Positions 48,959 through 62,282 of a stretch of DNA of 64,000 bases are shown piece by piece; positions within the stretch are counted from its first letter, which is position 1; each line of letters begins with the position of its first letter. The stretch lies in contig OZ037767.1 in the NCBI GenBank assembly GCA_964035545.1, positions 22,150,628 through 22,214,627 of the forward strand, in the 5' to 3' direction. The notes under the pieces are model-generated. The model was given only the letters and a program-made list of their open reading frames with translations. It was not told the origin of the DNA and made no database searches. The translations under genes and the position numbers were made by a program. Origin of the DNA: Bugula neritina. Lineage: Eukaryota > Animalia > Bryozoa.

Positions 48959-51900
48959 ATGATTGGAGCGGCTGCTGGTCAACCAGTTGTGGTGAATGGG
49001 CATTCAATGCAACCACCTATGCAGCAGTACGTTGTGCTTAATCCAGCCCTTGCACAGCCGGCCAATACCAACCCGACGGTCAGGTCTAAAGTGGAGTATT
49101 CTGCAAAGAACCTCAGCACAGTCAAATGGTAAGTGTCTTCACTTACACCGATCATGTGTTTGTACATTACTGAAACATGTTAGTTGACTGCTGGCTATAG
49201 TTATGGTACTTATCAGCAGCTGTTACGGTATCTAAAAGTGGGTCTATCATATTATTAAAAGTGAATTATGTCATTTCACAAACTTGCGAATAGTTGGTAA
49301 TTTTGCTTTCAAAACATGATATTTTGAAGCTATACGTTAGTTCTCAATTAAGCAGCCTTCTTGTATGCATGTTTTATCTGTAGCGTGTTTTATCTGCACA
49401 CACAGTTCTTTATCCTCAGGAAGTGTAAACCGCTCTTGAAATCTGCTGAAATCTTCCTAACTTTGATTTAGTTTGCCTGATTTAATTTAATTTATTCTTC
49501 AGTATAAACGAGCCCAGTTTATATTTTTATTTAGTTAAAAGTCTGCAGTTTATATGTGTATTGTTTTCAACTAACAGAAATCTCTGTATGAGGTTTGTTG
49601 AGCAGGAGTATTTTACTAATAAAGTTGTACTTCCTGTTACAAGAAACTGGTGTTGAAAAATCATCCTTTTCTTTTCAGGCTCACGGTCGCTCAGTTGATG
49701 CTGGCCTGCGCTATTCTCATATTTCACTGTGTCACCACTGCTCTGAATGATCACTTCTCTGCCACCTTGGCTAGAATGTCAAGGTTTACTAAATATGACA
49801 TCTTTGACTACTATACTACCTTTGTCGACTCGGATGCTACCGGCATATGGGTTGGAGTTCTGGTGAGTCATTTGTAATCTTTGCTCGGTAAGCTACTTTT
49901 CAGATCGAGTGAGTAAGTAAGGTATTGGATTGTGCTGGTTTTATGTTTTATTGTTGGGGTTTTAACTCCTATGAAGAGATTTGTACTACTTTATATTCTT
50001 GACTGAAGGCTAGATGCCCACATCACTGTTCCACTGTCAGTATGACACAGCACTGTAATGGCCATTGTCATATATGCACATTATGCGTGAAGCAGTTTTA
50101 CTAATGTTTTGTATACATTAATATGCCCATTGTGGCTGTTGTTGATGCTGGTCTCTGTTTTACAGGCTATCATCGCTGCTGTGATTGGAATACAAGGGTA
50201 CAAGAAACAACGCAAGGGCCTAGTGAGCATTAAACATGTATTTCATACATACTTAAGATAATCAGCTTTATTAGCCTTACATTTATGAGCAGTAGTGGAA
50301 AAGTTTCAAATGCATAAGCTCTTTAATTTTCTTGATAATTTTCAGTTGAATTTCTCATGAAAGTAAAACTTGTGGTGCAAAACTTCAATAAACCTGCACT
50401 CCAGGAAGTTTGGTGTTCTCATATAAGAAGATCTCTCTACTAGCACCTGGAATGAGAAAATATATAATCATAAACTAGAAGTTTCTTTGTAAATTTGCAG
50501 CTCAAGCATAAACATGCAACACTCTTTGTTGCTTACTAATACTAATAGAATTAAATGAACCATGAATGAATGAGTTCCTTATATTCCTTGAAATCTGCAG
50601 TAAATCTACAGCATATGTAATTGCCTAACATCTATACCACAAAACCATGGGTTACTTGAACTCTCAAACTAATTCAATGTTCTGTTGCAGATTATTACTC
50701 ATCTGATATTCAATGTTTTGCTGCTGTTGTGTCACTGTGCTGTCATAGCCACAGTCTCTCTAACTATTCAAGAGTTGAACTACTGCAGGCATAGCGGACA
50801 GTGGTACTATTACCCCAGGTGATACACTAATCACTTTACTGCTTTGGATTTGTAACCTACTGACATGCCATTGTTAAAGCCTTGGTTATCAGCATTACTA
50901 CGCCATATTTAACATGTTGCATGGTTTATTAAACATGCCAGTTTTGATGTGACTTCATAACTTCATGACTGCAGCTGTCTTACTGTTACTGTGCAATATA
51001 GAATTACTAATATCTTGTTTTCACAAAATAAGGTATTTTTATGTTTTCATTTGGTAGTGGTTCTCCCCCCCCCCCCCTGATTTTGTTTTCAGTCAAGTAT
51101 AATATTTAAGTTTATGCTTTAGTTCGTGTCTACATCTTATTGGTTTTAAAATTGTGCCATTATAATAGTATATTGTTGACCAGCGCTAGTTCCTACATGT
51201 TTTCTCTAGTTCAAAATGTTTTTTCTTTGCATGTTTTACTCAGTAGAATGTTGCATGAATTGCACAATAGCCTATGATTAGGTAATAATTTTGTTACAAT
51301 TTATACAGGGTATAAGATATGGCATATTTAGGTAGATATTTATGCTAGTTGAACATTATTCACAACTGCAGTCATTTTTTTAATGAAAATGTTTACAGCT
51401 ACAACAGTTACAACTACTACGGTAACAGCTTCTATGGTACTACCACAACTACTACTACACCAAAACCTTTTCTGTTTTTTGGTGAACAGCTGACAGGGTT
51501 CCGTGGAAACTATTATTGTACTGGTGTAAGTTTTGTTCTACATTTACAGTAGATATTTTATTTTCCATATGATCTCAAGTCTTGAACGCATGACCAATAA
51601 TTTTTGAAGTTGTCTTTCCAAAGGCAAGCATAACTTCTTATGCAACTCATATTGAATAAATTTTGTGTCAGGTTTCTGTGAAGACAGAATCTGGTCATGA
51701 GCAAAACATTGAATCATTCTAAACATGGGTTTTAGCAATCAGCTTGCCACCAGCTTATGTACATATAACATACTGGTGGCCAATTTAAGTTGGTTGTGTA
51801 GCTGTGTGAAAATACAAACTCCAACTATGCAATAAATATTTTCCGTTGAATTTGTAGGTGATATTTAAAGCATGGTTAGCTTTCGATTGTGTGGTACTCG

Positions 51901-53156
51901 TCTGTGCGATAGTGTCATTCTTTGTGACATTCGCGCTGCTTGTGTACAACAGCACCGCCGCCTGCCGTCGCTGCTGTGTGGGAGGATGCTGCAGCTGCTG
52001 TACTAAACCAACAACTAATGTAAGGCAACTTCTAATTCTGACTGAGTTGTTTAATACATACATTTTATTTACGTTTAAATGCAAATTATAAAATTGTTTC
52101 GAGACAAATGTGATTATGCAGATTGTCATCAATTACAGATAAGTGATGAAAGTCTGAGATGGCATCTCTTCTACTCAAGTTGTAATTAGTTCTTATCAGA
52201 GCTCATGTGCTTTTTAAGTAGAATTCCGGTGTTGCATTTTAATCACATTTGATGACCTTTTGAAAAATAGTATGAGTTGAGAGTTATTGATGAAAACGCT
52301 GGTTACATTTGCCGATCTGTAGTTATTGCACAGTAGTGTCTTTTGGTTGTGAACTCAAGTAGCTGGTGTGTTGTAATAGTTTGTTACACACCAACAAGAT
52401 AGTAATTAATTAGTATTTAAATGTAAGATTTGCTGAACATTATTTTTACACTACACACTACTAGAGAAAGCTGGTGCTTAGAGATAGGTGTAGTGCATAA
52501 ATGTTTATAGTAAATATTTTCAATAAATGCATCTAATAATAATATTTATATAATTTGTGTTTTACAGGATGGAATGATGGTTGCATACTACGCCCAGCCA
52601 GCCGGTCAACCAATGATGACAAACACAGCTGTGGTTGGACAACCTTCATTCTTTGGTCAGCACGGGGCAGTGCCAATGTATGCTCACCATGGGCCACCCG
52701 TTGTGATGACAGCAAACAATCAGTATGCTGCCGCTATGCAACCTGGAGCTGGTGGCGTACCTGTAGCACCACTAGTCACGCCAACTTCTGCTGTCATGAC
52801 CCAATCAGCACCTGCTGGTGCAGCATCTAACCAAGGTAAGCCTGATTGTTGGTTCTATTCCTAAATCAACCATAGATGGAACAGCTGACTTCTTTTTGGT
52901 GTAATAATTTTGTTATTGAAATAGGAACTAAATAGAAAAAGTATGCAACTTTTTGAAATTATGCCTACACTTAATCGGAAATTATGAATGCTAATGCTAT
53001 ATTTACTTATCAGTAATGATATATGCAGCTTATATATTATATCTTCGTTGTTTGAACTTGGAGTTATCTTTCATTGTTTTTCTGCTGTGTAAAGATGAAA
53101 AATGGGAAGATTTGCCTCCAGAGTATGCCCAGGTGTTTCAAGGTCAGCAGATGTAG
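48959..53156 (+). CDS. MS4A/CD20-like four-TM protein, copy 1; exons 48959-49128, 49679-49862, 50166-50222, 50691-50818, 51399-51525, 51858-52019, 52568-52835, 53095-53156
   Basis: The exons join in phase. They give four hydrophobic segments (TM1 LTVAQLMLACAILIF; TM2 GIWVGVLAIIAAVIG; TM3 IITHLIFNVLLLL; TM4 WLAFDCVVLVCAIVSFFVTFALLVY), a Cys pair in loop 2, a Cys cluster, and a Pro/Gln/Met-rich tail ending DLPPEY. The family assignment rests on topology and the GIWxG motif. Confidence 0.75.
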
Positions 53157-55578
53157 AAATCCACAGCTGGAATATTTGCTAAGCTATGATAAGCTAAAAC
53201 ACTTTCATACTTTCTTGATTCTGTTATTCTCCTTAAAATAGATCTGCTAAAAATATTTACTTCTTTTTGCTGGGAAAATCTTTCATATTTGACGAACCGA
53301 GCAAGATACACAATAACACTTCAATGCTTTTGTCTGTAACTCTGTTCTAAACTGCTGCTATGTTATTAATTGTTATCAGTTTTGTGATATACTAAGGATT
53401 TTATACTATAATATCATTTATACATGTATTTTTATATATTTTATTACACAAACGTTACTTCTGGTTTATTCAATTTTTTATCATTGGTACTTCTGAAAAG
53501 AGTTTCTTTTGCGTTGACCTTTTTTAAAATAATTATTTCAAAAAGATCTGATATTGAACTACTTTTAAATTTTTTTATGTTTTATCAAAATAATATAATA
53601 ATACATTTATTTTCATATTCAGCTGTACACCTCAAAGCCCTTTTGAGTCATAAAAATATTTCCCTGGTGCCAACCATTACCATGGCACTTATTTGTCAAA
53701 TTGTTGAGCATGTATAGTGCAAGTTGCTTCCTTGTATCTGTATTGGATAGATGTTAAATTTGTATTTACGAATTTAGGCCTCTACTTACATATTTAACAA
53801 AATTCTTGTTCACTTAGAGTTTCAATTGGAGTAGAAAATTTAAATGCTGATGCAAGATAAATAAGTTAGTCTGTCTGGAAAGTCAAGCCTCCAAGTTGGA
53901 GTAAATCTTACATTTGAATAATTTTAACAGTACCGCGAATGATTAACAGGTAAAGAGTTGCCCTTTCTTGTTACAAAAATGGTTTGAGCGGTAGTGCTAT
54001 TTTACGGCCAGTCGTTCATTATTCCATCGGAACTTGAGTAGCGGTTGTATACTGATTTATCTGCTTGAAGGGATAAATGAGTTGATCATATTCATAATGA
54101 TAACACTATAATTGTAAGCTACAGGCTACAAGTCTGCGGGCTTTATAATCTGCTAGCAATAACATGTTAAATTTAAACAATTTTGTATATAAATATCACT
54201 TTTATCAATCCTGGTATAGAACCAAAAGCAAACGAAATCAAAATAAAAATGATTTAAATTTTAATTCGAAAGTTATGCTTCAACTTCAAGTTAAAGTTAA
54301 TGATAATCTGATACTTAGTTAGTGTTACAGTTATACGTATAGTATAAGTATTGGTTATAGCTATACTTGAAATTATTACTATTAGTTATAGTTATTAGTT
54401 ATAGATTTAGATTATCATTATTATTATACATTGAACTGTAGTTCATGCTAACACACTCAGAGTAACTCTAAGTGTAACATTAACATTTAGTTTTACATAA
54501 TGATAATCATAATCACTGATAATGATTATCAATATGAATATCATACCGCCTAATGGTGATAAACATTATGATAATGATTAAGTTTAACACTTGCAGTTGC
54601 AGTAAACTGTAAAGTGTAAACTGAGTAAAGTAAAATTAAAAATAAAAGTAAAACTTAAACTAAATGTTGTTGTTCAGTTTGAATTAAACTTAATGTTGCT
54701 GTCAGTTTTAGTGAGTTTATTACACTTACAGTTGCTGCTAATGCTAGTGATAGTGTTACTGTTAGTAAAACTAAATTAAAATTAGTAAAACTAAATGTAA
54801 TAGTTATATTAGTACTATTAGCAGTACTAAATCTAATACCTAATCTTAGACTTGATCACTTATACATATACTTATAGTTATACTAATACTTATTCTATTG
54901 ATAGAGTAATAGTAGTACTAATATAGATATTAAATTTAATGCAGAATACTAACACTTATACTTGTACTTTCGCAAACAAGAGAGAATGGAGATACTCAGG
55001 TGGGCACCAGATAGATGAAGATTTAGATTATCTTTGTGATTGTGATTATAATCATGAATATTTTTATGGGAGCACAATACACTTACAATAGAGCGTTACT
55101 ATAGCAATGTTGAAATGCATAGCCAACAATAAATGAATATGAATATCATTATCAATGTCAAATATGCCAGTACAACATATTGGTATTATACTGATTACAT
55201 TTATGATCATATAAATCATCAACTTAAATATTAATCCTAATTTAATAATAGTGGTAATACTGCTATTGTTCAACATGCGAATAAATCACATTAACCTGCC
55301 TGCTTAATAGATTGATTTCTATGATATCACCTTTGTTTTTAAATTTATTTACCTTTTATTTCTCGCTATATGGTAATGTCGCTTATTTTTTAGTTGTGAA
55401 AGGTTTAATTTGGCCTGCAGATTGAAATACTATTCTGTTTCATTTAGTGATACTAGCTGAAGTATGCAATTTTGAGAAAATTGAATTTAAATTATTTTAC
55501 ATTGCTGTCAAATAGCACAGCAAACTGTAAATTAATATTATTTTTTGCTAATTGTAGTGTCATTAATTTTGTGAAAAG

Positions 55579-58500
55579 ATGCACAGCCGTTCAGATGCAT
55601 TACAGCCTACGGCGATGCCGGCTAATGTACCTCATCATCAGGGACAGCAGCAGCAAATTGTCTCTATGGGTGCTCCAGCTAACTTCAGACCAAACCCTAA
55701 AGCAGAGTATTCCGCTCAAAATGTACCTGTAGTCAAATGGTAAGTTTCCCCAAACCATTAAATATTGGTTTTTATTTCAATAACTTCATTGACCAGTCAT
55801 TGTAACATGTTAAAGTTGTACTATCAAACATTCATTTATGCTTTACCTTAGTTAAAATTGCTCCTTAGAAAATTCCAGACAGCTTTAAATGTGCCGTGTG
55901 AGTTAAATTTTTTGTATAATATAACATTGACTCAAGTCATAAGCATACTGAATGTGAATTGCTAATCTTAAAGTATATATTGGATACTTTAGGTACTTGC
56001 TCGGATGGATGACTGCCTCAAAGCCAATAACTATTTTAGTTTTTATACACTCCTTCTTTTGGTGCCTCAGCTGATATTTGCCAATTTTATTTGATTACAT
56101 GCAACATATGATATTTGTAGGCTGACCATCACACAGCTGGTACTAGCATGCATTATCTTTGTACTGCATGCTGCCACCACTGCTATGAACGATCATTTTA
56201 ACGCTGTGGTTGCTCCCATCGAGTACCAGCTGAATTATGTTTACTGGAGTTTCAGCGATGAAGCAGCCACCGGGGTTTGGGTTGGTATTGTGGTAAGTAT
56301 TGTACTCATGGCAATCTGACTCTACTACATGCTATGGTATTAGCAGTTTTCATATTCAGGATTACATGCCTATTTCGGTTGAAATTCTGACCAAAAAAGT
56401 TATTTCACTATAAGTGTGTGTGGGTGTGTGTGCTTTACAAAGATGGTTACTGGATTCGCTAGTATTAAGATGCAGTTTTTTTTAGATAGTTGTTACTTTT
56501 GTTTATTATTAAATATACATGTTGCTTTCCTCTCTAGTAGATATTAAACTTTGCTTCTTTTGATTATTTATTTCCTTGATGTGAAAGGTATGAAGGTTTT
56601 CGCCCTGGTCAAGAATAGTTTACACTCTGCACAATATTTTCGAGATATTTACTACAATAGTTGGCCATAACCTTTTTAATTAACATAATTATATAAAATG
56701 ATAACTCACTCTAAAATCTTATAGCAAAAGATATTTACTTCACGAAAATAACCAAATTATGTTTCTCTAGATGATTGTGGCTGCTGTTATCGGGATTCAA
56801 GCTTACAAGACGCAGAGAAAAGGGCTGGTGAGAATTTTTTTGTTGCCGGAAGTTGGTTAATTTCAGTCTTTACCTGGGTATTACAGAAACAAAATGTATC
56901 TTGAAAAATGCTATGCACTGTGCTACTGTTATACAAGCCATGTTATACCACGTCTGCTCCACTGCTAACTTTATCATTGCTTCAGTGCCTCAGAGTACTG
57001 CAGCTGAAGGGGCGTTTTTCTCTCTCCCAAGTAATTATGTGGAGAACTATATGCCTGCTGTAATCCCATTAATATTGTATGATTTCAAACAATGGCATTT
57101 TTTTCTCCTTTCTAAATGCCACATATTATGCAATAACTTAGAATTTTGCAATCTGTGAATTGTATAGCTGCATGAATAGAACTATTATCTACAAAGCTTT
57201 GAAGACACAATGTATCATTGTGAAGTTTAACAAATGTATGACTTCAAAATATGGCTGCAGCCTTCGGTTACACAAACACAAGAAACTGTTGAGATTAGCT
57301 CAGAAATGTGTGTACATGTTATATACATGTATATCAGATTTTACATTGCATATATATCAAATGGCTTGTATTCAATAAAATTAGCACTCTTGCTTTCTTA
57401 AATGATAGTGATGTGGTTCACATCAATACATTAGCTTTTAATCTCCCATCATGTCAATACATAACTAATGGTTGCTACAGATTCACTGTTGTACCACAAT
57501 GTACCCACGGTGTCTATTGTTTCATTGTTATTTTTACTTTTAATGCTGTTTCATGTATGTTTATCAAGTGATGCAATAACATAATGACATAATATATCTT
57601 GTTGGTAGATCATCACCCACCTGGTGTTCAACATATTCCTATTGATGTTCTGTTGCGCTCTCATTGGTACAGTTTCTGCTACAATTTCACAGTTAAACTA
57701 TTGCCGCCACTTTGGTGAAATTTATGAATTCATGTAAGTAACATATCCATATGTTTTGCTTTGAAAACTACTATTGGATTCTAACTTAAAAATATTCACA
57801 GTATTACATGCAGTAGTAAATCTCAAAATAACTTTCCAAATAAATAAATCTGTTCACGGACTGAGTATTTTGTGTGATGATTCTAGTCATTCTACTTCAC
57901 CAGGAATTAGTAATATTTGAGAGTTTATAGAGGCTAAAATGAATAAAAAAACCACACAGGTTTTTAGGCATTTATGTAATATAGAAACCTATTTCACAAG
58001 AAGCAAATGTAATGGTCACTAAGAAATTAATGGTAATGCAATGGTAATAAAGTATTGGCTTTAGTAGTTTAGCAGTCATAGTAATGTAGTGGAAATGGTA
58101 ATTTGCTAGGACAATAGAAATGTAATAGTAATAAAGTAATGGTAATGTAGTGGTATTATTAATGTAATGGTAATCTAGTGGTATTATTAATGTAATGGTA
58201 ATCTAGTGGTAATAGTAGTGTAGTAAAAATGCAATGACATTCTGACCCAAAACCTCTGAACTAAAATCACCAATAATATAATTTTTAAAGTATGTATTCA
58301 GCAATGTGTAATATAACATATTTTAGAAATAGTGGAGCCTATTACACTACCACCGGCAAACCTATTTACATTTTTGGAGAAACGCTCACTCCTCCCCGTG
58401 GAACGTTCTATTGTTCTCATGTAAGTTTCTAGAAGTGTGACTTAGCTGAGGGCTTCCCTTATCAGCTATTACCACCTCAAGAGTTGGGATATTAATAGAA

Positions 58501-60088
58501 ATTGTTGTTGTTGACAATTCTTTTCATTACAATTATTTAAATCTTGTATGCTCTACCTTTTTCTGTGTAGTTCTGTAAGTTCAAAACCTTCTCTATATTT
58601 AGATGTTCAATGTTTAAAATTATTGGTGCATCTTTTATTTATGTAAGGAGGCTTAAGTAGCAGTCATACACATCATTGATTTGTAATGTAATGCACGGAT
58701 TGCAACACTTGGCCTTATTTGACACTTTAATTTTACCCAAAACCTGCTCTTTTAGATTCAAATGTAACCATTTCTTATGTATTTTGCTAAGGACTTAATT
58801 TGATATAAATATTACTCTACTTCTTTGCTGCTGTTAGACTATTTAAGGTTTCAACAGCTTTATTGGCTTATTTTGTGTAACCAAATTAAATTTATTACTA
58901 TTCACAGGTTATTTTTTGTCTTATTTATCTGCCCACATAATTCATATGATTCTAGTTATATTGTTGGAGTTGTCCTGTCTGTGTATTGCAGTAGCGCTTC
59001 AACTTTTTATGTTGGCATTTTCAGGCTATGTTCACCGTTTGGTTGGCTTTTGACAGCATCATTCTGGCCTGTGCAGTTCTGTCCTTCATCCTGACAATCA
59101 CATTGTTTGTGTACAACTGCATGGCAGCGTGTACTTGCTGCTACAGCTGCTGTGGAAGCTGCTGTATGTGCTGTGATGATGCAACAGAGTATGTAAGTAT
59201 AGTATAACTAGTCTCTACTCAACAGATATTTTGAGCAATACTACATTCCTAATTTGTCATTCATAAAGTTTTGGGAGTAGTCTTCCATTTTGCCGTGATA
59301 AATAATATCCATATACACTGATGTCATCAGTTTCTGTAGAGTTCTTAGTGAAGAGTGTAGGATTATCATGCCTCTTACTACAGCTGAATTGTACTTTACA
59401 GGGCAGGATGCCTGCATCAAATTATGCTCAGCCTGCTGGTCAACCAACGATGCCGCACACAGCTATGAGTGGACAGCATGCTGGTCAACCAATGATGCCG
59501 CACACAGCTATGGGTGGACAGCATGCTGGTCAACATATGATGCCCAACACAGGTATGAGTGGACAACTTCCACCCTATGGTCAGCATGGCGCAGTACCGA
59601 TGTATCCTCAATACGGAGCTCAAGGGGTCATGCCGGGAAGCAATCAGTATGCTGCTGCCGTGCAACCTGGTGATGTCAGAGTTCATGAAGCTTCTCATTT
59701 GTCAAGTACACCGGCTGCAACCTCACAGGCTGGAATCCCACCTGCTGGAGGCATAGCTAACCCAGGTAACAGTAAAGCAGTATAAGTTGATTGAATAGCG
59801 GAATGCTGGGTCCATGTTTGTTGTCATTGACTTAGTGATCATTATTGTTACGATGCTGGTGTAGATGTGCCTTTCACTGGTCTGTTGAAGATGTTAGGTC
59901 AAGTTATGAGATATGCTGATGTTTTTAACCGGCGTTAGATACTGATAGCCCCAATATTTTTATTATTAGCATTTTCCTTATAAAGTATTGTTCTAATCGA
60001 AGAAAAGTTTTCTAGTTGGAAGTCCTTGTTTTCTGTAGAGGATAAGTCCAGAGATCTCCCTCCAGAGTACACGGAAACCAACTATTAG
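55579..60088 (+). CDS. MS4A/CD20-like four-TM protein, copy 2; exons 55579-55739, 56121-56292, 56771-56827, 57609-57733, 58327-58420, 59025-59192, 59402-59765, 60039-60088
   Basis: Same eight-exon structure and intron phases as copy 1, with homologous motifs (EYSA...VKW|LT, GVWVG, RKGL, IITHLVFN, LNYCRH, FGE...RG..YC, CC cluster, DLPPEY). Confidence 0.78.
58025..58225. repeat. Degenerate GTAAT/GTAGT-based tandem repeat (intronic)
   Basis: Repeated gtaatggtaatctagtggtattattaat-like units. Confidence 0.6.
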
Positions 60089-62282
60089 AATTGGCAGATG
60101 TAAAGATTCCCAACACCAATTGACCTTTGACTTACTTCTGAAATCCATTCCTTTGTCACTGCTGACTTAACTCTAATCTAATACAATATTATATACATAT
60201 AGTAACACATGCTCTATTACAGTTTATCTGACAATTTCTATTTCTCTACATTTGTGTGGTTTCATCAAATATATCACTCAGCTTTTTTCTGAATTTTTTT
60301 TCTGATAATTTCTGTGATACATCGTTTAAAATAATTTAAACTCTAATTTTTTGTATTTTTTTTGTTTAAAAGTATCTTTATTTTTTAATATATTATATAA
60401 TTTCCAAACAGTTGTAAATTGCTTTGGTAACCTGTCTATTTATGTGTTCAAATATTTTGATAAATTTGGTTTCAGCAACATTTACAATAAAATTTTGTGC
60501 ATGCACTCTGTCTCAACTTCTTATGTTAAATGCAGTTATATAAAGGGGGGGGGGGGGGAGTAATTGTATTGGTGGTGTATTGTTTTGTTTATATGTATAA
60601 GAGCCCTATGACATACTCACATATCATATTATTATGCGAATGCATGAGAAAATGAGTGTGTGAAGAGTTGAAGTGTGAATCATATGGGAAGCAATGAAAT
60701 AATGAGTGGTACTAGCAAGTCTTCAACCAACAAGTTGAGACATCACTGATCACCAATAAGGTAGCTAAGTAGTATATAGAGAACTGCAAATAACCCACTA
60801 GAAATCTCTGACAGGATCTAGATTCTGGACTCTAGTGCTAGCCAAGCATTCAAGCAAAACAAAGCAAAGCCAAGAGGTTTTTTTAGGTTGCTAGGAGCAG
60901 CACCAAGTTAGTTGTCACTAAGTGCAGTAGATGGTGTCCCCGAGTTTAGAGTTGGAGATTTGGATGTAAATTACTGCACTCAGTGGCCATCAACTCGGAG
61001 CTGCTTCTAGGAGGAATTTATTTTCTAATTAAGATAACCATAGGAGAGTGTACGGAAATTCGATACTAAGCACAAGCCAACACGCAATGAATGCGGTAAC
61101 TTCATAAATTATAAGGCATGTGGTGTTTTGAAACTTGCAAATCTACGCTTGAAATTGTAGACTACCAAAGATTTTGGGAGAATCCTTTTCACTTGCGCAA
61201 CTTGTAGCGGGTTGAGCGGTAAAAATGGAGCAGCGGACTAGTTTTTTTATTGTTATTTTATTCATGCGCATATTATTTAGGAGGCTCATAGCGATAATTG
61301 ATGCTTACTAAAATGTAAATCACTTGAAGCAGCACCGATTCAGTGATCACTGAGTGCAGCGGTCTAGAGCTTCAAATGAGAATTGAAGATTTAGAGATCA
61401 GACAGCAATATTATGTATACGAACACTGTATTCAGTGTACTCTAACTTGGTGCTGCTTTGCGTGAGTCCTCACTGATGTGAAATGAACAGTGCTCATACC
61501 TATCCGATTCACATTGAGTGATCAGCAGTAGCCAGTAGCCATTCACTGTGATACTGATTATGATTATCAAATACATCACGATATTGTTTGTAATATACTT
61601 TTACAGTAATTTCAATTTATCATTTCTTTAATAGTTTCAATCTGCTACTACTTGGTAATGATAATCACTTTATGATAATGATATTCATATTCATATTGAT
61701 ATTGATAATCATATTCATAATAATTTACTTATAGTTATACTTAATCTTATACTTATAGTTATACTTATAGTAATACTTAATACTTATAGTAATAGTTACA
61801 CTTACAAATTACTTATAGTTATAGTTAAACTAATAGTAATACTAAGAGTAAGAGTTATAGTTGTAGTTATTAAGTAACTATTATAAATATAATATTTATA
61901 TATTGTAACTATTAACAATATTATAAATTTTATAATTATGAATATCATTATGGTTATCTAAATTGAAGTTGGCTAAATAAATTAATCGTCATAAATCATA
62001 ATCATGATGGTACTATCAGTATCAAAGATAGCACTTTTTTAAAAAGTAAAATAAAAGTCACAATTCCACATGAGTGGATGGGATAATATTTTTAAGACTT
62101 TTAAAACTCTCAATTGAGGAGATTTACTTGCTAAAATAGAAACCTTCCAATTTTTGTTCAATAAATTTCAATCAGGAATCTTACTGCATTTAATTTGTTG
62201 ACACTTTTTCAAGTAATGGATAAAGGCTGAAAGCCTGCTCCTTGCTGACATGTGTGTTTACATTTAAGAAGTGCTTACAAAG

